Assembly (NCBI GenBank): GCA_010015805.1
Contig: ML978126.1
Coordinates: 2,046,001 to 2,110,000 of the forward strand
Length of the DNA: 64,000 bases
Source of the DNA: Rhizodiscina lignyota
Taxonomy: Eukaryota
Direction: 5' to 3'
In this document: in pieces, positions 57,622 to 64,000 of the stretch
Position numbering within the stretch: the stretch's first letter is position 1
Layout: each line of letters starts with the position of its first letter
Notes under the pieces: model-generated
Told to the model about the DNA's origin: nothing
What the model saw: only the letters and a program-made list of their open reading frames with translations
Databases searched by the model: none
Made by a program: the position numbers and the translations under genes

Positions 57622-58744
57622 CAGGTCTTATGCCCATCAGTATCTCCGAAAGCGCTAAGGAGCAGAGCTTTGGTAGGGTAAGGGGAGCTTGCAAGGATAC
57701 CACGATGTGTCCACCGAGCCGTACTTGGGGTTAGAAGGTCATCAACGTTGTTACAGAGAATCAGCGGGCTAAGACGGCGGCTACCTATGGCGTAGTCAGC
57801 AACGATCAGTTAAGTGGAAATAACAACCGTGAAGGATGGCAGATCTTGAGGCCTTCGATGACTTCTACTCTTACGAGAATGGTTAGCCGCCGATGATTCG
57901 CTGTCATTTTGAACAGTCCGATTTAGCATATTTTTATGATTAGAAATACCCCAAAGCAAATAGATGGCTTAGGCTATGAAAACGTTGCTTGAGAAAATAG
58001 AGCAACGGTAAGCTGGAACGCATTGAACTATTCGAGACTCCTCTTACAGGACAGTGGAGGAGTTCCCTACAGGCTTTCTTCGCGAATCTCGCCAACGGTA
58101 TCTTGAGCTGGCGCGTTACACGAACAGGTAGGTGAAGTATTACTTCAGCCGCCATGTAGCCACGGCAAATGAAGCTTGCCATTATAGATCTTTAATAGTG
58201 ACAGATCCTGCGAGCACTGGGGAGGTCGCTTCGAACAGGATCCCTCATTTAGCATGGAGAGCTGCCTCATCCGGAACCTCAACTCTCGGAATAGTCCGAT
58301 AGATAGACTAATATTAATGCCAGCGTTCCTATGTTTATGCTTAATAATAATCTTAAACGGACGGCCGACAGAGAGAATTCGCCCGATCGTTTTGTTTTGT
58401 CTTTGCCGGGTCTCCTCGGGATACATAGTGAGCGAATGCCTCAATATCTCGGTGTTGCGAGTCGTCCGATGCTGACCGAGTTAATCACAAGGGGCCATTC
58501 CTCGGAACTGGCGTCGGTATCACTGATACGTGGACGACAAAGCTTTGGGAAGTTGAAGGTTATTTGAAGATGCCGTGGAAGAACGGAAGATGGCATTGTC
58601 ACGCGTGGCCGCTTTCGGAAAGTGGCTTCTGGATGCGGAACATTCTGTGCACAAGAGCTTCTTTCAACGCCCCACCACTGCTCTCCCGACAGCTTCATTC
58701 TCAACCTCACCGCCAAAGGAGTTCGGTCTAAACAGTCGAACACC

Positions 58745-59767
58745 ATGCCTGGCTACGGCGAAGACCCGGAGTGGTCAGACATTGTGCCATTGCCACAGGA
58801 TGACGGCGGACCAAACCCTCTTGCGGCCATCGCATACTCGGACGAATACAGCGAAGCCATGTCCTACCTGCGCGCCGTCATGGCCAAGAACGAGTTCAGC
58901 GAGCGAGTGCTGCGCCTTACCGAAGACATCATTGACATGAATCCCGCACATTACACCGTTTGGTAAGCACTGCTCTTATTCTGGACAACATCGCGCAGGA
59001 CGTGTCTAATAGGGAGCAGGCTATATCGCGCAAAGGCACTCTTCACCCTTCACAAAGATCTTCGAAAAGAGTTCGATTGGCTCAATCCGTTTGCCCTGCG
59101 TCACCTCAAGAACTATCAGATCTGGCATCACCGGCATACAATTATCGAGGCCCTCGCATCCGACTTGGACGAGAAGTCTCCAAAGATAGACAACATGATT
59201 CGGGAGGAACAGGATTTCCTTGACCGGATGTTCACGAAAGATGCGAAGAACTACCATGTTTGGTCATATCGCCAATGGCTTGTCGAGCGATTTAACCTCT
59301 GGGACTGCGAGGAAGAACGTGAAGCCGTCGATGACTTGCTTAGAAAGGACGTACGAAACAATTCCGCCTGGAATCATAGATACTATGTCGTGTTTGGTCG
59401 CCCAAACGCACCGAAGAACACGACAGAGGGCCATGTACTCATGCAGCGGGAAATTAACTACGCAGAGGCTGCGATCCGCATCGCACCGCAGAATCAGTCC
59501 CCATGGAACTACATCCGGGGAATCTTGTCGCACTTTCAGCAGCCACTCTCCAACATTAAGTCTCTCGCCAGCGAATTTGCGAGCTTAGAAAAGCCGGACG
59601 AAGTCAAGAGCAGCCATGCCCTGGACCTATTGGCGGAGATCTACAAGGAGGAAAGGCAACTCGACTGCGCCGGAAAAGCTTGGGACCTCCTTGCTCAGAA
59701 GTACGATCCAATACGATCCAGGTACTGGATGTGGAAAAAGGAGCAGCTAGGCACAGCTGCGGCATGA
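58745..59767 (+). CDS. RAM2: Protein farnesyltransferase/geranylgeranyltransferase-I alpha subunit; intron 58963-59019
   Basis: WSDIVPLPQDDG, IAYSDEY, prenyltransferase repeats NPAHYTVW|LYR, KNYQIWHHR, KNYHVWSYR, RNNSAWNHR, DPIRSRYW. Confidence 0.93.
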
Positions 59768-60029
59768 TATGACGGCAAATCTTTACAGTATGCATTGGAC
59801 GGCGTTGGACGGTGTTGGAGAACGATACCCTGGAATTATTTTAAAAATCACAATCCGACTCGGATGAACTGCACACAGGCTTACGTTATGGCTGACAAAC
59901 TCTCACAAATCGCAAATTCTTGCTCTATTATTGTCCTTCTCTAATTTATGAAGCGGGATACAAATTCACGAAGCCGCCCCTACTCTGGCCAAGTTAGGTA
60001 AAGACAGCGAATCCCCTATTAACGTCTTA

Positions 60030-61286
60030 TTACATTGCTCTCCTCCATGTCTCAAGCATCTCTACGGTGACTACGCTTCCACCGCAAATCTCCAAAATTA
60101 CTTTCGTATCCTCGCCTCTCCAGCGTCCCAAGCTTCTCAGGATCGTCTCCAGCCGTCTCTTCTCATCATAGCATAGAGCGATGCTTACACCACAGGACAA
60201 CTCGACCATCATGCGCTCCTCATTTGCAAAGCGGACGCACGCACGAGCAGCTTCGTCGTCCGTTAGAACGACAGATTTGATGTTGAGCGAAGGGTCAGTG
60301 GCATAGTCGAAGGTCTGCTGGCAGACACGACGGGCGCCGAGAGAAGTTGCTGCAGACTTGATGGCTGGCAGAGTTATAAGTTCTCCTGCAGCCACCGACG
60401 AGGCCATTGAATCGGCGCCCAGTGTCTCAGTTCCAATCACCGGGGTCGACGCCCAGCTGGGAACATTTGGAGAGCTTGACGTTGACGGATTGAGTGATGG
60501 CGAAGTGATGCCCTGGACGATTCCATTCAGAAGGCCACCTCCACCAACGGAGCATATGATCGCATCAGGAGGCTCTGGAATCACTGTTTCATCCGTAGCC
60601 ATGGGGGTACGGAAATCTCCATTCGTCTCCGGACCACCAACTCCACTATTCGTCCTTGCCGCCACACTAAGTTGCGCGAGCTGCTTCACGAGCTCTTCCA
60701 CCAGCGTCGCATTACCGCGCCAGATATCAGGGGCATCGAACGGTGGTACGTATACGCCTCCAGGGTCTTTGCTAAGTAGCTCCTCGCGCAGAAAGGCGTC
60801 CGCTTCCTGCCAGCTAGCGCCATGAACGATCACATCGCTCTCCCCTACGGCGCGGATCTTGTCGATCATCAGTTGCTTGGTTGACTCCGGCACGACGACC
60901 GTGCAAGGATGGTGCAACTGGGCTGCCGCTGTTGCGCATGCCAGACCAGCATTGCCGCCAGATGAGCAGTAGAAGTGAGCTGGAGCGTTTGTCCTTGGTT
61001 GGTCGCCGTCATTGACGGGGGTGTTGGTGCCGTTTGTGCTTGGTGGCGTAAGCTCCCCAGGATGTTTTGACCTGGCTAGGTGACTGATGAGATAGTTGCC
61101 AATGCCCCGAGATTTGAATGATCCTGAGGGTTGGAGGTTGTCAAGTTTCATGAAGACCTTACTGGTATCCACTATTAGCCGCCGGTGGAGGGGTACTGAG
61201 ATTGGATGAAAGAAGTCTTACCATCCTGCTGCTCTTGACAACGCAGCGGATTCGATTAGAGGGGTTTCACGCCAGGGCTTGGTCAT
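60030..61286 (-). CDS. PLP-dependent L-serine/threonine dehydratase; intron 61162-61221
   Basis: MTKPWRETPL, KLDNLQPSGSFKSRG (PLP lysine), SSGGNAGLA, CSVGGGGL, ICGGS. Confidence 0.9.
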
Positions 61287-61737
61287 TGCGATCTCGACAA
61301 GTTTTGACGTTCCTGAATGAGATGCGGAGTGAAGAAGGAGATAGATGCTTAAAGCTGAATGATCTCGTACGAAACTCGTACGAAATTTGAGAAAGTGACG
61401 ACTATATCAGTTTCTATTGGCGGCTACCGTCGGCCCCGCGCCCTTCCACAAGGAGCAAGACATATGAACGTGGTGAAAAGCTGGCACTTGGATATCTGCA
61501 AGGCGGGCCAATGACGGGCGGGCGATATTGAAGTTATAGGGTAATTATGGGGTAATGAGGGAAGACATCAAGCTGCAGTTATCGCTTTTCTTTATCGCAT
61601 CGAGGATTTCTCTCCGCGACGGAGTGATGCCTGCCGCTGGAGTGTAAGCTGCGCGAATTTACAGTTCCGACATCCTCCACCAACTGTGAATGCGAAGCAA
61701 AAGTGTCCGAGCCACCCAACCTTACCCTCCCTCCTTA

Positions 61738-61766
61738 CCCCAACCCCAACCCCAACCCCAACCCAA
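61738..61766 (+). repeat. (CCCCAA)4 plus partial unit
   Basis: ccccaa ccccaa ccccaa ccccaa cccaa. Confidence 0.85.
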
Positions 61767-62186
61767 GGCCACACAACGCCCGGACCGCACTTTTTCCGAC
61801 AGGCCCCCGCCGATTTCGTCACTCGCCCTTCGATCATATGCAGGTCCGCTCGTGAACTTTCACCACAATCACACCCAACACACACCCGCCACCTCACTCC
61901 ACGAGCTCCCCTTCTTACCTTTCTCTTCCTCATCATTGCTCTCCTGCCCTCCCCTGCGGCAGTGACAACACAAAAGGACGCGCGACGATAACCACGAGCA
62001 CATGCGAGGGCATCGATAAGTCCGAGCCCGACACGCGAACTTTCGGAAGCAACTGGCGTGCCAACGTTCACTCTTCACCACTCCACAAGCCCTCAAAGCT
62101 CTCGGTGCATCCTCGTCCACGTGTAATCATCGAACAACATCCAAGACACAGCCTACTCGAGGCTATTCGAGCCTTCTCAACCCAGC

Positions 62187-63894
62187 ATGGCCGACATGGA
62201 CGCGGCGATTGCCAGCTTCACAGCCATAACGGGAGCGCCTGCCGATCGAGCAGCGCAATACCTCCAGTTGAGCGATGGAAATCTCGAAAATGCTGTTCAG
62301 CTCTATTTCGAGAGCGATCTAGATGTCACAGGCGCAACTACATCACAGGCGCCGCCCGTCCCGCCACCTTCAACAAGACCGAATGCGGGACATGCGAGTA
62401 ACTACCCTGAAGACAGTCATGGCGTCGTACACGTTCCATCAGATGATGATGAAGAGAATGATTTCGACATGGCTGATACACCGCCGCATGCAGCGCCTTC
62501 GCGTCCGACTATAAATGTGGACGATGATGCAGAGATGGCTAGGAGGCTTCAAGAAGAGTTCTACACTCAAGGAGCCGGAGCGGGCGGAGACTCTGAGACT
62601 GAAGGTGTTCGGGCGCCGATGGCTCGGAGAACAGAGACACTCGTCGGCCCTGACGCAGATTGGGGAACAGACACAGGCGATATGAGGACGGCAATAACGG
62701 AGCAGCTTCGCATGCGAGAGCGAGCTCGAATGGGTAAGACGACACATGAACTGTCTTATGGAATTAACTGTTATGTCAGGTCGCCCAGGCATCTTTAACC
62801 AGCGAGACACATCTTCGATTTGGAGCGAGGGCGCAGCGTCGTCCGCATCCCCAACACTTATGCACCAACGAGAGCTTTCAGCTGCAACAGGTGGCGCATC
62901 TGATTCTTCTTCCAAATCGAACCTCCTTGCAGAGCTGTTTCGTCCACCATTCGACATGATGTTCCACGGCCCCTGGGATTCAGCGCGAGACAATGGCAAG
63001 GAGGAAGAGAAGTGGCTGTTGATCAACGTTCAGGACCCTTCAGTCTTTGACTGCCAAGTCCTGAACCGTGATATCTGGAAGAATGAGGGTATCAAGGAAA
63101 CCATCCGCGAGAACTTTTTGTTCATCCAGTACAACAAGGACGATCCTGCGGGCCTGGAATACATTCAGTACTACTTTCCCGCACATGAGTCGCATGATGC
63201 GTACCCACATATCGCCATTGTCGACCCAAGGACTGGCGAACAAGTCAAGATCTGGAGTGGCAGACCTGTCCCGCAACCAACGGACTTCTTGATGCAGCTG
63301 CATGAGTTCTTGGATCGCTACAGCCTGAAGGCTAATGCTCGAAATCCAGTAGCGAAACGGAAGCCAGAGCGCACGAAGCTGGACGTCGATCGCATGACTG
63401 AAGAGGAGATGCTTGAGATGGCCATGCAGAACAGCTTGGAGAACAACGGCGGTCCAGTGCCAGATGATCCGGATGCGTTGACGAAGAGCGACATCTTGAC
63501 TAGAGACAAGGGTAAAGCGCCAGCTCACGTGGACTCTGGAATTGGGACGGACCTTACTCAGCCAGACACAAACGGTACTGCAGCGGATTCGCCGTTCGCA
63601 CAGATCTCATCTTCTGATCCTCATGAGGAACCCGCACAGAACGCTCCAGGTATAACGCGCATTCAGTTCAGACATTCGGGAGGTCGCGTTGTACGGAGGT
63701 TCGCCACTAGTGACCCAGTTCGTAGGATTTACGAGTGGATGAAGGCCGAGCCGCTTCCTGGCAAAGAGGGCCAAGAATTCGAACTGGTAGCGATGGGCAA
63801 GAACCTCATCGAAAGTCTCGATACGACCATTGAGGATGCCGGACTCAAGAACGGCACAGTGATGGTTGAATTTGTCGGTGGTGATGAAGAGTAG
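62187..63894 (+). CDS. UBX5: UBX-domain Cdc48 cofactor (UBA-UAS-UIM-UBX; Ubx5/UBXD7 type); intron 62734-62779
   Basis: N-terminal UBA-like (AAQYLQLSDGNLENAVQLYFE), LAELFRPPFD, FDCQVLNRDIW, UIM-like EEEMLEMAMQNSL, UBX TRIQFRHSGGRVVRRF..AGLKNGTVMVE. Confidence 0.9.
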
Positions 63895-64000
63895 ACATGG
63901 GTTATTGGCAAGAACAGTGACTCGGTCATCTTGCGTGCATAAAAATGGCGTTCATTCGGCGCTTGATCTCTCACGGCATCATATTGAGCATTCTAGTTAA

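Noticed and set aside
61592..62120. Overlapping 83-159-aa ORFs upstream of the UBX gene
   Set aside because: Low-complexity C-rich leader sequence; the PT/PQ/VG runs derive from the CCCCAA repeat.

Overview
Gene-dense (about 26 genes in 64 kb) eukaryotic DNA from a filamentous ascomycete (Pezizomycotina, possibly a Dothideomycete). Short spliceosomal introns with CTRAC/CTAAC-type branch sites and fungal-specific families support this. The left ~10 kb looks accessory: an oxaloacetate-acetylhydrolase-like lyase, a conserved hypothetical protein, a HET-domain gene and a bacterial-looking alpha/beta hydrolase. The rest is mostly core genes: YTM1, a trehalose-phosphate synthase complex subunit, a Gts1-like ArfGAP, GH47 mannosidase, an MFS transporter, rhomboid, SDR, TRM112, SET1, a head-to-head proteasome pair (beta3/alpha7), a histidine phosphatase, GFA1, RIB4, MRPL25, a GMC oxidoreductase, RAM2, serine dehydratase and a UBX protein. 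I rebuilt exon/intron structures by hand. The most notable observations are: a probable U2-type AT-AC intron (44786-44870) plus two GC-AG introns nearby; a 265-bp bidirectional proteasome promoter with Rpn4/PACE-like motifs; a periodic motif-plus-variable-spacer array just upstream of RIB4; an unannotated-type 14-Cys microprotein; and an odd spliced 5' region on the GMC gene. I recognised no tRNA, rRNA, CRISPR array or intact transposon. All family calls come from motif recognition, not database searches.
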